Virus record (IMG/VR): IMGVR_UViG_3300023548_000002 | Span: 1-64,000 of that record | Reading direction: 5' to 3' (one strand) | Length of the DNA: 64,000 nt | Source: a virus | Shown: one piece after another, positions 9,497 through 21,021 of the stretch | Layout of the letters: the number at the start of each line of letters is the position of its first letter | Numbering within the stretch: position 1 is the first letter of the stretch | Translations under genes and position numbers: made by a program | Notes under the pieces: generated by a model | What the model saw: the letters and a program-made list of their open reading frames with translations, nothing else | What the model was told of the DNA's origin: nothing | Databases searched by the model: none

Positions 9497-11786
9497 AATA
9501 TGGTGCTGTAAAATTAATTAAAGTTCCTAAGGAGGGTGCGTATGGGTCGAGAGTGGAGAAGGTAAATACTTCATTCTCTGGAGAGTTTAATATAATTTCT
9601 CCATCTTTTATAGTGTACTTGCCTGGCATTATTGCATTTAATAATTCTATTGCAGTTTGTATTACTAAATTCTGTTTGCTGTCTCCAGATAATTTTTCTT
9701 TTGTATCTTGCTGGGACTGAGAATAGTAACTCTCTACTTGTTGTTCGGCATTCTCTACAATAGAAAGAAACAACTTTCCTATAGTAACAGGAGTGTCATT
9801 TATTTCTAAATGATTGACATTTTCCTCATCAGCTACTAAATTAATTCTATAAATACTTCCATACTCGATTGCTTTTTGCACAGGTGTAGATAATACATTA
9901 CTTACTCTATCTATAACATAAGGGTTTTCTCCCTCAGAGTGAGTCAGTGTATATGCTAAATTAGCGGTAGTTCTCGCTGTTAGTGAATTATCTCCTTTAG
10001 TAATAGGTGGGAGTAACTGCTGTGTTGATTGTTCATTCAAGTATTGCCGTGCTTCTTCTGGAGCTATATTATTAGCAACTGCTATCGTATATTCCTGTGG
10101 ACTCCATGCGTTATTTATTTTAGCATCAGGATTAACTTTATACAGAGCAGTAGAACCATCCTTAAAAGTCAGCTTTAAGGCATCAAAGTTACTATAACTT
10201 TGGTAGGCAACTGCTTTTGCTTTATCCATATCTTGGATAAATTTTTGTATATAATCTGCTTCGTTTATATCTTCATCTCTTGCACTCATATCTAAGAATT
10301 GTCCAGGGTCTCCCCCTATCATAGCCTGTTTAAACTTATCTACTTTATCTGTTAATATTGTTTGTGTCCCTTGTACCCCCTCTCCACTTAAAATAAGTTT
10401 ATTTATATCTTCTTCTACCTCAGAAGACTTCTTTCCTGTTTTATATGCTATAATATTTGACGGGTCAGCGAATCTTTCCAAAAGTTCATCTGTTATCCAA
10501 GGGGAATTATAATCCTTTCCTCGATACTGTGCTTTTATATAAGCTTCAACTTCTTCTTTAGCTTTTCCCTCTGGAAATAGTTCAAGATACTCATTAATAG
10601 AAATTCCTTCTGAATAAACTCCGTAACCTGAAGACTCTATTCCTTGTTTTGCTCTTACACTATTAATAGAATTGCGTAAGGTTGATTGGATATTTTTAAT
10701 CGCAGTTAAAGTTGCATTATCTAATTTATATGTCTGCCCTACTTTTGTAAGTAAATGGGTTTCGGTGCGTATCGCAGCTTTATCTCCGTCCGCAGCTTTT
10801 CTATGTATTTCTTCTATATCATCTCCTACTGTTTTAGCCATATAAGTTACAGGTTGAGACACAATCATATTTGGATTTCCCTTGAACCTGTTATTTCTAC
10901 TTTCATCTTTATTTCTCTTCCAAAATCTTTGTTTAGTCTGCTTATTGCTATGTTCTAAAATAGCAGCATTAAAATAACCTCCAAGAGTGTTATTTATGTA
11001 TTTCTTTCTTACTTTCTCATCTTTATAAAATTCTTCTAACTCTCCGTTTCGATACGCTTTATATTTAGCTTCATTTATTATCTGGGTACCCTCAGGACTG
11101 TTTAATATAGCATCAGTAGCTTCTTGTAGAACTCCTTTTACTCGATTTGCACTTACTCCTTTATAATCTGTTACTGTCCAATCCCCTGTGAATGGGTCAA
11201 CTCCAACCTTCCCTGTGTGTCCGTTTTCTTTTAGATTGTTTACATATTTTTCTATGGATTTATAAACATCCATATTTTCCATTATAGCAGTATCATCCTT
11301 ACTTACATAATTGGCAAAGAAATTGTTATTATTTTTTACATAAGCATTGAATTTCAAATTAGCATCCAAGGCATTAGCTTCATTATATTTTCCTTTTTTG
11401 TTTAATTCGGCAATACGTTCAGTAAGTTCTGTATAGTTTTCATACCCTTTATCTATCATTTTTAATACAGGGTCTTTTTTTATAGATTTCACAAGCTCCA
11501 ATGCTTTTCTCTTACCTTCACTTCCTCCAAGAAAATTATCGAAAACATCATTCATTTTTTGCTCATACTCCTGTTCTTTCATTTTAAGAACTTTGGTGTC
11601 AAAATAAGGGGCAGCTTCTTTATCTAAAAAAGCCCCCTCATACTTATCTTGTAATGCTTTTTTTACTGTATCATGCTGTTTTTGTAATCTATCTGTCTTA
11701 CCTTTGATAAATTCCAAAGGTAGAGGAACATAGGTAGATACATATTTCTGAGGAGTAGGATTGTAAAATCTATTTATTTTAGCCAT
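9480..11786 (-). CDS. Putative cargo/ejection protein
   Basis: 768 aa. N-terminal YVSTYVPLP and position between cargo genes fit crAss-like synteny. Confidence 0.5.
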   Translation of the reverse strand: MAKINRFYNPTPQKYVSTYVPLPLEFIKGKTDRLQKQHDTVKKALQDKYEGAFLDKEAAPYFDTKVLKMKEQEYEQKMNDVFDNFLGGSEGKRKALELVKSIKKDPVLKMIDKGYENYTELTERIAELNKKGKYNEANALDANLKFNAYVKNNNNFFANYVSKDDTAIMENMDVYKSIEKYVNNLKENGHTGKVGVDPFTGDWTVTDYKGVSANRVKGVLQEATDAILNSPEGTQIINEAKYKAYRNGELEEFYKDEKVRKKYINNTLGGYFNAAILEHSNKQTKQRFWKRNKDESRNNRFKGNPNMIVSQPVTYMAKTVGDDIEEIHRKAADGDKAAIRTETHLLTKVGQTYKLDNATLTAIKNIQSTLRNSINSVRAKQGIESSGYGVYSEGISINEYLELFPEGKAKEEVEAYIKAQYRGKDYNSPWITDELLERFADPSNIIAYKTGKKSSEVEEDINKLILSGEGVQGTQTILTDKVDKFKQAMIGGDPGQFLDMSARDEDINEADYIQKFIQDMDKAKAVAYQSYSNFDALKLTFKDGSTALYKVNPDAKINNAWSPQEYTIAVANNIAPEEARQYLNEQSTQQLLPPITKGDNSLTARTTANLAYTLTHSEGENPYVIDRVSNVLSTPVQKAIEYGSIYRINLVADEENVNHLEINDTPVTIGKLFLSIVENAEQQVESYYSQSQQDTKEKLSGDSKQNLVIQTAIELLNAIMPGKYTIKDGEIILNSPENEVFTFSTLDPYAPSLGTLINFTAPYYAKIK

Positions 11787-11788
11787 AG

Positions 11789-14700
11789 TTAATCTGTTAT
11801 TTCTTTAAGATTTCCTTCAGAATCTTTAAAGTACCACTTATCATCTTTAAATACTATATTATCAGTTCCAATATGGTCTAATATCCATTTATCCTTTTTT
11901 GATTGTCTTATGTCTTTTATTTGCGACGCTAAATTCTGTCCGATATTAGAAAGAGCTTGACTCATTACATTAAACCTTTGTGCTTCATTCTGTTGGTTGA
12001 TTATATCAGCTTGCATTTGGTATTGTATATTAGCCTGTTGTGCTGCATTTCTTAATTGAGTATTGGTATTATTTTCTTGCATATTTAAATCAGCTAATGC
12101 TTTTCCTTTATTTTCTGCAAGATTTACAGCAGTAGCATTTAGATTAGCTAATGCTTGCCCTGATGTAGTTGCATTTCTTCGGATGTTTTCCTTAGCCTTA
12201 CGTTCTTGTTCGGCATAGGTTTTATTGATATTATTTCTTGCAGCATTATAGTTTAACATCTCTGGGGTAAACTGAGGAGCTTGATATGTTTCTGCCTTAT
12301 TTAATCCCTGAGATAAATTATATATATTTCCTATATTTTGTAGTATTCCTTCATACAAACTCTGTAGTTTGGGGTCTTTTATTTTCTTTTTCTGATTTTC
12401 TTGGTTTGAGTCATCTTGCGTTGATGATTCATTTGATGACTCAGATGATTCGTTTGATGAATTAAGTAAAGAAACATAATTACTATAATCATTTGAAGAT
12501 GCCTCTCCTGTTGATACCATAGGGTGTTGAGATAGATAAGTATTTATCTGATTCAGCATATTATCCCCCGAATGGGTGAATACAGAAGAATCATCTACAT
12601 TAACGGGAGTTTCTGTTGATTGTTCTTGGCTGGCATTATTATACTGTTGATACGCCTGTAATAAATCAAATAAATAACCACCCCCGTCAAATTTTTTTTC
12701 TGGAAAAGCTTGATTCATTTTGATAATTTCGTCTGAAGAATACAGCTCCCCACCTTTACGTCCATGAGTCCATTTGTAATTTAAATGTCGGGGTCCTATA
12801 TATTGTTTAGAAAAGTCTATTGCTCCTTCTATATCTCCATATAAAGTATCATCTTTCCCAGTAAAGACTGTACGATGTAATCCATATAATTTTCTTCCTG
12901 TATCCCAATAATTTTGTGCGTCTTCCTTTCCTAATACATTTGGCAAATCCTTTGGACTTATCTTAAAATCCTTAGGAACTTCCTCACCACTCTTAAATCC
13001 ATAATAGTCTAAAATTCTCTTTTGGTAGGAGTCCATTCTTCGAGATGCTTCTCTATAAAAATCTCGAATTTCTTTTGGTAACACTATACGTTTTTCGCCA
13101 TCTTTGGTAACAAATTCTTTCACTTCCAAATTCTCAGGAAGTCCATATAATTTTAAAACTTCTTTGTCAATTTTAAGTGTAGATGGTTGAATATCACTCC
13201 CCATATTAGGAGGAGATTTATATACAACTTTTTCCCCTTTATTTACTATTGTACCTGCGCCACCTATTCCTACAGTAGTTCGTTCTTCTGGTGAAGTCTC
13301 TTCCATTCTTTTTAGTGCTTCCTCCTTATCTAAAGCTTTCGGATGAATAATGTTACTCTGTCCATCAGACTCTTCCTGAGGAGAAATTTGGGAAGTAGTA
13401 TTTTCTTGGATATTAGTAGGTTGTTCTTGTTCAGGTTCTACAGTAGGTTGCTCTTGCGTAGGTCGAGATGAAGAAGGCTGATATATTAGTGTAGCATATT
13501 GTTTGTTATCAATAAATTTCCCTCTACGAAGAAGATCAGCTATCTTCTTTATATCATTTCCTAAAGGAGTAAAATTATTTGTTGGGTCTTTAAGATAAAG
13601 CTTACCATCAATATTTACTATTTTTCCTTTAGCAGTTTCTAACCCTTGTTCTACCATATTGTGTAGGAGTGTTTGTCCTACGTTTGCGGTTTTCTTCTTT
13701 TCTTCTTCTTCTCCATCAACAGGTCCTCCTTCTGCCTTTTTCCATTTAGCAGCGTTTCGTGCAAAGTTTGCTTTCTTCACCATAATTGGTGAAAATTTAT
13801 TTTTATTCTTAAGAACATAGTCAGCAAATTCTTGCACTTCCATACTATGTTTCATAGCAGCAGCAGTAAATGTTCCTTTCTTGCTTGGGGAGATATTAAT
13901 ATTTAATTTACCTCCCTTAGAATAGTTATCAATTAGTTCTCCCCCCATTTCCATTTGTAACTTGGTCTCAAAAATATCTTTAAGTATTTCATCAGTAGAA
14001 GTGTTTCTACGCAGAGCTTCACGTTTTAATCGACCAAATATTTTAGGGTTAGCAATTAAATTACCTCCTTCAGCCCTCTGTACTGAGTTTATCAACTCTT
14101 TCCCATATTTTTTAGAGAGTTCTTCTTTTTGTTTAATAATCTCCTGAATTTGAGCTAATTCAGCTAACTCCTCTTCTTTAGCTTTTGTATCATACGGGTC
14201 ATTCTCCCGTTGAGAATACTTCCTTTCTATTTCTTTAGATACTTGAGCAAATGTTTTCTTAGTTCCTGGAACTTTTATTCTATCAGAATAAACAAACCCA
14301 TTTTTAGCAGTCTCTCCTCCTTCTACTTCTGTATTAGAGTTTTGTAAAGGAACTCCCCCTTCTTCGTGTCGTGGTCCTTTAAATTCAGTAAGTTCTTGTT
14401 GTGAAGTTTCTCCAAGTTCCCCTCCTTCTGCTTTAGCTTCTTTATTTTCTTTATTTCCAGTAGAGGTAGATGGTTTTATAGACCCATACATAGATGCTCC
14501 TGCTTCTGCTAATTCATATAATGTATCAGCCGTCTGTGCAGCTCTTTGTGCTTTATCAAGTTCTGATATTAACTCTTCATCTCCTTTATATCCCCCCTTT
14601 ACTCCTTCTTTAGCATTTCGTACTTGTATAAACTTAGTTAATTCTTGGTCTCTTTGAATAGCTGCTGCTTTTTGTTCAGCTTTTCCATCAAAATAACCCT

Positions 14701-14941
14701 TAGCTCCACCTATAACTGTCCCTGCTATAGCTCCAAATGGTGGAGCTATTGCTGCACCAGCTGCTGCTCCCATTGCAGCATTTTTAGCGATACTTCCTCC
14801 CATACTCATTTCAGTCTCACTCTCATTTCTCTCTTCAGTCGCATTTTCATTTCTCTCTTCAGTCTTTTCTTGCTCTAATTGTTTGGAAAGAAGTTTAGTT
14901 ATATTCTGTAATTCTTTTAAAATTTTATCGGACTTAGTCAT
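11789..14941 (-). CDS. Cargo protein (crAss cargo protein 1-like)
   Basis: GPRHEEGGV...EVEGGE motif, repeated (M/A)xGG motifs, ISPSKKGTFTAAA...KKANFARNAAKWK block, Q/N-rich C-terminus. Follows the muzzle gene. Confidence 0.65.
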   Translation of the reverse strand: MTKSDKILKELQNITKLLSKQLEQEKTEERNENATEERNESETEMSMGGSIAKNAAMGAAAGAAIAPPFGAIAGTVIGGAKGYFDGKAEQKAAAIQRDQELTKFIQVRNAKEGVKGGYKGDEELISELDKAQRAAQTADTLYELAEAGASMYGSIKPSTSTGNKENKEAKAEGGELGETSQQELTEFKGPRHEEGGVPLQNSNTEVEGGETAKNGFVYSDRIKVPGTKKTFAQVSKEIERKYSQRENDPYDTKAKEEELAELAQIQEIIKQKEELSKKYGKELINSVQRAEGGNLIANPKIFGRLKREALRRNTSTDEILKDIFETKLQMEMGGELIDNYSKGGKLNINISPSKKGTFTAAAMKHSMEVQEFADYVLKNKNKFSPIMVKKANFARNAAKWKKAEGGPVDGEEEEKKKTANVGQTLLHNMVEQGLETAKGKIVNIDGKLYLKDPTNNFTPLGNDIKKIADLLRRGKFIDNKQYATLIYQPSSSRPTQEQPTVEPEQEQPTNIQENTTSQISPQEESDGQSNIIHPKALDKEEALKRMEETSPEERTTVGIGGAGTIVNKGEKVVYKSPPNMGSDIQPSTLKIDKEVLKLYGLPENLEVKEFVTKDGEKRIVLPKEIRDFYREASRRMDSYQKRILDYYGFKSGEEVPKDFKISPKDLPNVLGKEDAQNYWDTGRKLYGLHRTVFTGKDDTLYGDIEGAIDFSKQYIGPRHLNYKWTHGRKGGELYSSDEIIKMNQAFPEKKFDGGGYLFDLLQAYQQYNNASQEQSTETPVNVDDSSVFTHSGDNMLNQINTYLSQHPMVSTGEASSNDYSNYVSLLNSSNESSESSNESSTQDDSNQENQKKKIKDPKLQSLYEGILQNIGNIYNLSQGLNKAETYQAPQFTPEMLNYNAARNNINKTYAEQERKAKENIRRNATTSGQALANLNATAVNLAENKGKALADLNMQENNTNTQLRNAAQQANIQYQMQADIINQQNEAQRFNVMSQALSNIGQNLASQIKDIRQSKKDKWILDHIGTDNIVFKDDKWYFKDSEGNLKEITD

Positions 14942-15000
14942 AACGGTAAATTTACTTAATGTTTTCTATATGTTTATATATGTATATTTATAGCATATTA

Positions 15001-18000
15001 TTAATATTGTGATAATCTGTAACTAACGGTTATTGGATGTAATACGCATCGTTTGTTTCCATTGTTATTATATTCTAATGTAATATCACAATAAGGTCCT
15101 CTCATTCTTGGGGAAGATGATTGTGCATCCCTCGGTATGATAGTATATAATCCTCTCATTTTTCTACGTATATTCCCTCCTAAAGTCAATAACACTCTCC
15201 CTGAATTTTGATACTCATTCTCTGCTTGAATATAGTTAAATGTTTCCTGTAACAAAGTTGATGACGGGTCATATATTTCATTTTTAAACTCTATTGCATC
15301 AAATACTTTTGTGTAAGTGCTGTTTGGGGATAATCTTAGTGTTACTAAGGAGCGATAAGTTTCTCCAAAGAAAGTAGCTTTATCCCCTTTATTACTTAAA
15401 TATACTTCTGGGTTTGTATTATTTATTGCAATAAAATTTCCATTTACATCTATGTAAAGAGCCCCGCTTAAATTACAATAAGTCTCTAAGCTATTTAATT
15501 CTTCATTAAATACTTGTGTATAATCAAAACTACTGGGGTCTTTTACTTGCTTTCCTGTTAAAGTAGCATCACGTAAATCTATATCACCTTCTGACCCTAA
15601 ATAAGTCATATAAATTCTATTTCTTCCTAAATCTCTTACAGCATATATTCCTATTCCACTTAACGGGTCTTCAGTTTCTATAATAGCTCCTGTAAGTATT
15701 TTTCTAATATCAGAACTAAAATACATATTATCACTTAAAGCAAATACTCCTTGTCCGTTAAAGACACACCATTTTTTGTTTAGTGCATCAATGAAATGTA
15801 ATCCCCCTGCTCCTTCTACTACTGAGAATTTATGTAAAGTTCCATACTGTGTAGAGAGATACTGATAACCACCCAGAATATCTCCTGTTCCAGTTACTAA
15901 TCCAATATTATTGTTATCGTTAATAATAGTTTGCTCTGCTACAAATAATCTCCCTATCCCTTGTCTTTGAAGATATACAACAGTATCGTTAATTGTTCTT
16001 AGTGCATTTATTTCCCCATAGTTACCATCTACTTCCAAATAGTCATTAAAATTAAAATTACGCCAATTATCTAATAATTCTCCATCTAATTTACGTTGAG
16101 ATACCCATACCCTATGGGGGTGAATTTCTGTATTGTTATCAATAAAGTCCTTAGTGAAATAAGGGTATAAACTTGTTCTTTTAGCTACTCCAGGAGGTAG
16201 CTTTCTTGTAGCCAGATTTTGAAGACGTAATAAATCATCCCAAGCTCCGCCACTTCCTAAAATATTTAAACGGGTTTTATAGTATTCATTCCCATAATAA
16301 GTTGCACTCTCAGGGTTTCCGTAAGGCATCGCAAAATTTACCGATGACTCCACAGGACACAAAACTCCTACACTTATTGCACCTTGTGTCACTGGGTTTG
16401 TTCCCTCTTCTGCTGTGGGATTACAGCTAACTAAATGATGTGCTAATTCCCCTATATAAGTGTCTCCTCCATAAACATCAGTAGTTATTATATTAGATGA
16501 ACTACTATTAACAGGAATATACCAATTGGTTGATTTGTACTTATTTTTTGAGCGTGCCTCATAATAACTTCCCCCATATTGAGTCTTTTGTTTTTTTATA
16601 TATGACACTATCGGGGCTTCTCCTGCTTGTAGAGATATATTAGAACTTAATTGAAACCAATAATTATACCCTCCTAATCCAGGGTGATAAGAATCAGGGT
16701 ATTCGCCAATACTATTTACATATCTCCCTGTAGAATCCAGTTTAGAGTCAAGCGGAGAGAGTAATCCTCCCTTTTTTATATTATATCTATTTCCAATATA
16801 AGGTGAAGAATTTGCAATAGGATTGCCATAATATAATATTTCAGTAGCCCATTGATATGAGTTCAATGCAGTAGTATTATTTATTGGAATATAATTTCCT
16901 AACCCTTGTATATTACAGGACTGAATGTGTTTTATTTTATCAGTAGATTTAGAGCTTAAAGGATTAGCAGGGTACCCTAATGTTCCTCCGAAAACAAAAT
17001 TCCTTCTACTAATCGCACCACCAGATTGAAATCCTCCTGGAATTAAGTAATAGTTACTTGAATTATCAATAGGAGGAAATTTTCCAATGGGTATTGGAAA
17101 ATTAATAAAACTTTTCCCAAAGAGAATAAGTGGAGCACTCCCTAATCTTGTTTGATTTTTTAAATCTCTTTTTACATAAACAAATTCAAATCCTTGAATC
17201 TCCGTTTTAATGGAACTAATGTCCACAGTGAATTGTATCCCTATATTTCTTCCTACTAATGTATTAGAACTATCAATATCAGATAACCACAAGGTATTTC
17301 CGTAAGAATCTTTTTCATATCTTTCAGGGAATTTTATATCTCCTATCCACTTCACGTAGGATTTATTTCCTTTTTTATCTGTAAAGACTATTCCAAATCG
17401 ATAAACTTCTCCTGCTGTATATCCTGTTAAATAAGTAGTGAATATAAAGTTTTTAAAGTTAAAAGGAAATCCCGATGTCTTCAAAGTTTTTCCATTAAAG
17501 TTGCTCCAATCTCCTACATCGTTTGCGTGCTGTGAATTATAAATACCAGAATTATCAACAAGTGCTCCTGCTTTGGAACGTAACTGTATTGGTGTGGAAA
17601 TAAACTGATATGATACATTTGGTCCATCTCCTCCCAATGTTACTCCATCTGCTCGATATTTGTAAGCATTAGCTCCATTTTCTGTCCATCCTGGCTCATA
17701 CTCGTAGTTATATGGATTGAGTGCGTCTAACGTCTCGTCAGTAGGATACGAAGGAGCTACTCCTTGTATTATAGCTTCTACTTGAGTTAATCCCCGTTTA
17801 TATATTTTACATACTCTATTGGAGTTAAATCGGTAAGCTCGAGCATCAAAATCTATATCAAATCTTTTAGATTTTGTATTGCCTACTAACAAATGTCCTT
17901 TACGAGTAGTTATTGTCTTACATACAGTAAAGGGTTCTGTAAGTTTAGTTAGTTCATCGGAAGGTAGAATAGTTGTATCTTCACTTCCTGTATGGGTTAA

Positions 18001-19149
18001 TGACAGTATTCCGTCGGAAGGAATATTTGCTTCATAAAATTTATATGCAGTATAATTAGATTCACTTTTGTATTTTACAGCAATTACTTCAATAACATCA
18101 TAGCTGGTATCTATATCTTCAATAGAAATAGATATTGCTTTATTATATAATGAGCCTGAACTTCTCCCTCTCCCTGATGTTTGAGCATAAGGAGTGTTTT
18201 TATCATAACTTCCTATAGGTATTATTGCTGAACCTGGGGAAAATACTGAATATTTCCCTGCAGTATCTAATAGACGATAAAAGAACTGATAAGAACATCC
18301 TTCTTCTAATGTCCCTGAATCACTTACTCCTGTAATGAATGGTTGGGAAACTTTGAAGTCTTGGGTAACTCCAAGGTGTTCTGCGTTTTTTAGTAAAAGG
18401 TCTTTTTCAAAAAGATTTATTGCCCGAAATTCATTGAAATTATCTGTAAAATAACATCCTAAAGTAATATCACTCTCATTTCTTAATACTATCTCATTAC
18501 CAATAGGGTTTTTAGTATTTAAATTCATCTTACTTATGTGAATAAGATGGGTATCTAAATCTAATTTACCTCCTACTAATCCTTGTATAGTATCATTAGT
18601 GCTATCGTATTTACATAGCCATATCTGTCCTGCTCCTACTACATTGGGGTCAGTGTTATTGGTGGTAAAAAGGACAATGTAGTTATCTACACTTTTTCCT
18701 CCAATTAACTTTAATCCTGTTTGTTTTGGTATAGAAATTTTTGCTATAGCATTGCTTCCACTATTTACTGTTAGTGTGTCATCTATATCTAAAAAGCGTA
18801 TTACAGGGTAGTCAATAAGATATTTTATTCGTGGGTAACTTATTAAAAATGCTTCTAAATTGGCAATAAATTCTTCCAAGTTATTACCACTAATAGAAGT
18901 AGATGCCCCACTAATTACTAAGGAAATGGAATAAGGAGCCTCTTCTGCTAAGGATACTTCATATACATTTGGAATATCGGGAAAAGAGAATAGAACTTTG
19001 TTTCCGTCCATATTCTCTAATACGCCAAACTCTTGATTTTTCTTACTACTAACGACAAAGTTCACATTACGATACATTGTATCTTTGCCACTAAAGTCGT
19101 AAGCTAAGTCTCTTTTTACTCCACCTGTATATTGTTTAACCTCTTTCAT
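15001..19149 (-). CDS. Tail stabilisation/muzzle protein (P22 gp10-like)
   Basis: 1382 aa. GEVYRFGIVF...S.VKWIGDIKFP, DNWRNF...D.NYGEI and RMRGPY motifs typical of this crAss family. Confidence 0.8.
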   Translation of the reverse strand: MKEVKQYTGGVKRDLAYDFSGKDTMYRNVNFVVSSKKNQEFGVLENMDGNKVLFSFPDIPNVYEVSLAEEAPYSISLVISGASTSISGNNLEEFIANLEAFLISYPRIKYLIDYPVIRFLDIDDTLTVNSGSNAIAKISIPKQTGLKLIGGKSVDNYIVLFTTNNTDPNVVGAGQIWLCKYDSTNDTIQGLVGGKLDLDTHLIHISKMNLNTKNPIGNEIVLRNESDITLGCYFTDNFNEFRAINLFEKDLLLKNAEHLGVTQDFKVSQPFITGVSDSGTLEEGCSYQFFYRLLDTAGKYSVFSPGSAIIPIGSYDKNTPYAQTSGRGRSSGSLYNKAISISIEDIDTSYDVIEVIAVKYKSESNYTAYKFYEANIPSDGILSLTHTGSEDTTILPSDELTKLTEPFTVCKTITTRKGHLLVGNTKSKRFDIDFDARAYRFNSNRVCKIYKRGLTQVEAIIQGVAPSYPTDETLDALNPYNYEYEPGWTENGANAYKYRADGVTLGGDGPNVSYQFISTPIQLRSKAGALVDNSGIYNSQHANDVGDWSNFNGKTLKTSGFPFNFKNFIFTTYLTGYTAGEVYRFGIVFTDKKGNKSYVKWIGDIKFPERYEKDSYGNTLWLSDIDSSNTLVGRNIGIQFTVDISSIKTEIQGFEFVYVKRDLKNQTRLGSAPLILFGKSFINFPIPIGKFPPIDNSSNYYLIPGGFQSGGAISRRNFVFGGTLGYPANPLSSKSTDKIKHIQSCNIQGLGNYIPINNTTALNSYQWATEILYYGNPIANSSPYIGNRYNIKKGGLLSPLDSKLDSTGRYVNSIGEYPDSYHPGLGGYNYWFQLSSNISLQAGEAPIVSYIKKQKTQYGGSYYEARSKNKYKSTNWYIPVNSSSSNIITTDVYGGDTYIGELAHHLVSCNPTAEEGTNPVTQGAISVGVLCPVESSVNFAMPYGNPESATYYGNEYYKTRLNILGSGGAWDDLLRLQNLATRKLPPGVAKRTSLYPYFTKDFIDNNTEIHPHRVWVSQRKLDGELLDNWRNFNFNDYLEVDGNYGEINALRTINDTVVYLQRQGIGRLFVAEQTIINDNNNIGLVTGTGDILGGYQYLSTQYGTLHKFSVVEGAGGLHFIDALNKKWCVFNGQGVFALSDNMYFSSDIRKILTGAIIETEDPLSGIGIYAVRDLGRNRIYMTYLGSEGDIDLRDATLTGKQVKDPSSFDYTQVFNEELNSLETYCNLSGALYIDVNGNFIAINNTNPEVYLSNKGDKATFFGETYRSLVTLRLSPNSTYTKVFDAIEFKNEIYDPSSTLLQETFNYIQAENEYQNSGRVLLTLGGNIRRKMRGLYTIIPRDAQSSSPRMRGPYCDITLEYNNNGNKRCVLHPITVSYRLSQY

Positions 19150-19864
19150 TTGTTCTTCTTATTCTTTCTTGGTTATTTGATGAAATAAATCGTGTATTAT
19201 GTTGGTATTGGTCTAATATCATCTTATGGAAGATATTTTTCCAGCTTTCAAACTCGTCATAATTTGGCATACGTATTGCCGTGTCAGCCGCCCCCATATA
19301 CCAACTTCTTTCTTGTTGTAATAGTCCATATCTTCCACCATCAATTTTTCCTAACATAAGTAGTTTAAACCCAATTCTCTCTTGTATATATGAAGTAATT
19401 GCCTGTATTACTTTAACGTTGTCAGGAATCATAGGTAACCCGTCGTCATCAGTCATTATAGTTGTTCCCTTTATTACTACTTCTCCCTCTTTAAATGATG
19501 TATGGATATATCCATTCGTAAGCTTGTAGGATGCTTGACCACTTTGTCTCTTTTGTATGTCGCTTTGAAAAGCTACATCTGTTGAAGTAATCATGGGAAT
19601 AAGAGTATCTCCATATTTTCTAAATACACTTTGTAAATGAATAATACTACAGGGAAGTTTCCCTCGATTATTTTTTATTTTTACCACAGGTAAGTCTTCT
19701 CCATCAGTAATAAAGTCTCTGAACAATCCTGGTGCCCCAATAAGTTCTAAAGCTTCCCCTGCCCAAGATACTACAGAGTCAATATCAATATCTTTTTCAA
19801 AAGGGAAATCTCTATAAACTTTATCAATAATCTGATTGATTGATATGTAATTATGTTTATTCAT
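19136..19864 (-). CDS. Tail ring/tubular protein
   Basis: YI.TSFKEG.V...DDDGLPMIPDN motif, directly upstream of muzzle. Start taken at MNKHNYIS. Confidence 0.7.
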   Translation of the reverse strand: MNKHNYISINQIIDKVYRDFPFEKDIDIDSVVSWAGEALELIGAPGLFRDFITDGEDLPVVKIKNNRGKLPCSIIHLQSVFRKYGDTLIPMITSTDVAFQSDIQKRQSGQASYKLTNGYIHTSFKEGEVVIKGTTIMTDDDGLPMIPDNVKVIQAITSYIQERIGFKLLMLGKIDGGRYGLLQQERSWYMGAADTAIRMPNYDEFESWKNIFHKMILDQYQHNTRFISSNNQERIRRTNERG

Positions 19865-20333
19865 TTCTGTAAGGATTTTCAAAATAAAATACTTCATCAC
19901 TATTCCGCATAATGTGTGCTAATTTAGCTCTATTTGGTTTAGTGGTCTTAAAATAGAAATATCGTTGGTTTTTTACCGTACATGTTTTTTTATCCCACAT
20001 AAAACTTGCAATATACTTGTTAGTATGGAAAATAAGTTTTTTATTTATTAGAGCTGTATCGGATTTTTTCCACAACTCTTTAGTTGCTTTCCAATCTACA
20101 GGCATACCATAAGTTACTAAGTTCCCCTCATCATCTATTTTTATTTTATTTTTTCTTATATAAACACACATTACTCCTAATCCGAAAGGTAATTTTAAAT
20201 GAAAATTCTCGTAATAGATTAAGTCTAATAAAGACTTATTTATTGCTCCTATTACTTTACTAAATTCCCAACGATTGAGTGTTCCCTTCTCTTCTTTATA
20301 TACTTTGTATATGTCGTCTAAACCATAATTCAT
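19857..20333 (-). CDS. IHF/HU-like protein
   Basis: KLPFGLG and PVDWKATKELW...IFHTN, as in crAss IHF-like genes lying between ring genes. Confidence 0.65.
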   Translation of the reverse strand: MNYGLDDIYKVYKEEKGTLNRWEFSKVIGAINKSLLDLIYYENFHLKLPFGLGVMCVYIRKNKIKIDDEGNLVTYGMPVDWKATKELWKKSDTALINKKLIFHTNKYIASFMWDKKTCTVKNQRYFYFKTTKPNRAKLAHIMRNSDEVFYFENPYRNE

Positions 20334-21019
20334 TGTTCTTGAATATTTTTATTTTGTGTATCTACTCCATCTGTCTGAGTATCTACAGGTAGTTGTATTT
20401 GTCGTATAAATTTATTTATCACAATATCTTCAATGTAAGCAAACATCCAACTGTTCATTGGATATTCAGAATCAGGGGAAAAACATGGTAAATCTGTTCC
20501 ACATTTTTTAAATTTACCCGCAGCTTTTGGGTCTTCAAATACTCCCTTTACATTGATGTACTCTAATAGTGGATTATTAGTGATAATGTAAATCTTTGCA
20601 TTATCATAAATAGCATATGATAAATTTCTTGTATATTTCCCCTGTCCTATATACGGTGCTCTTTCCCATGTAATAAGTGAATATTGTTTGTCTAATCTAT
20701 CCACGGGTCCTACACGGGTAATAGCAGGCATATAGTGAAGTTCTATTGTTCTTGGGATATTATCTTTTGTTTGTAATATATTACATCCTGAAGGAACATC
20801 GCAACATAATGAACTATCTACTGTTTCTAACTGTAAACATCCCAAATCTTGAATAATATTTGGGTCAATAGTTCTCTTCTTATTAAGCTCATTACGTATT
20901 AATAAACTTCTCTGAAAAGCAATCTCAGCTTCTATCTCTCGCAGAGAGATTTCTGAATCCTTCGAGAGATACGGCTGAATCTTATCTAATATTGCGTATG
21001 TAAATTCGTTTAGTGTCAT
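20330..21019 (-). CDS. Tail ring protein
   Basis: Q.L.CL.LE.VD...CC and GVFEDP...C...DSEYP motifs, plus synteny. Confidence 0.65.
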   Translation of the reverse strand: MTLNEFTYAILDKIQPYLSKDSEISLREIEAEIAFQRSLLIRNELNKKRTIDPNIIQDLGCLQLETVDSSLCCDVPSGCNILQTKDNIPRTIELHYMPAITRVGPVDRLDKQYSLITWERAPYIGQGKYTRNLSYAIYDNAKIYIITNNPLLEYINVKGVFEDPKAAGKFKKCGTDLPCFSPDSEYPMNSWMFAYIEDIVINKFIRQIQLPVDTQTDGVDTQNKNIQEQ

Positions 21020-21021
21020 AG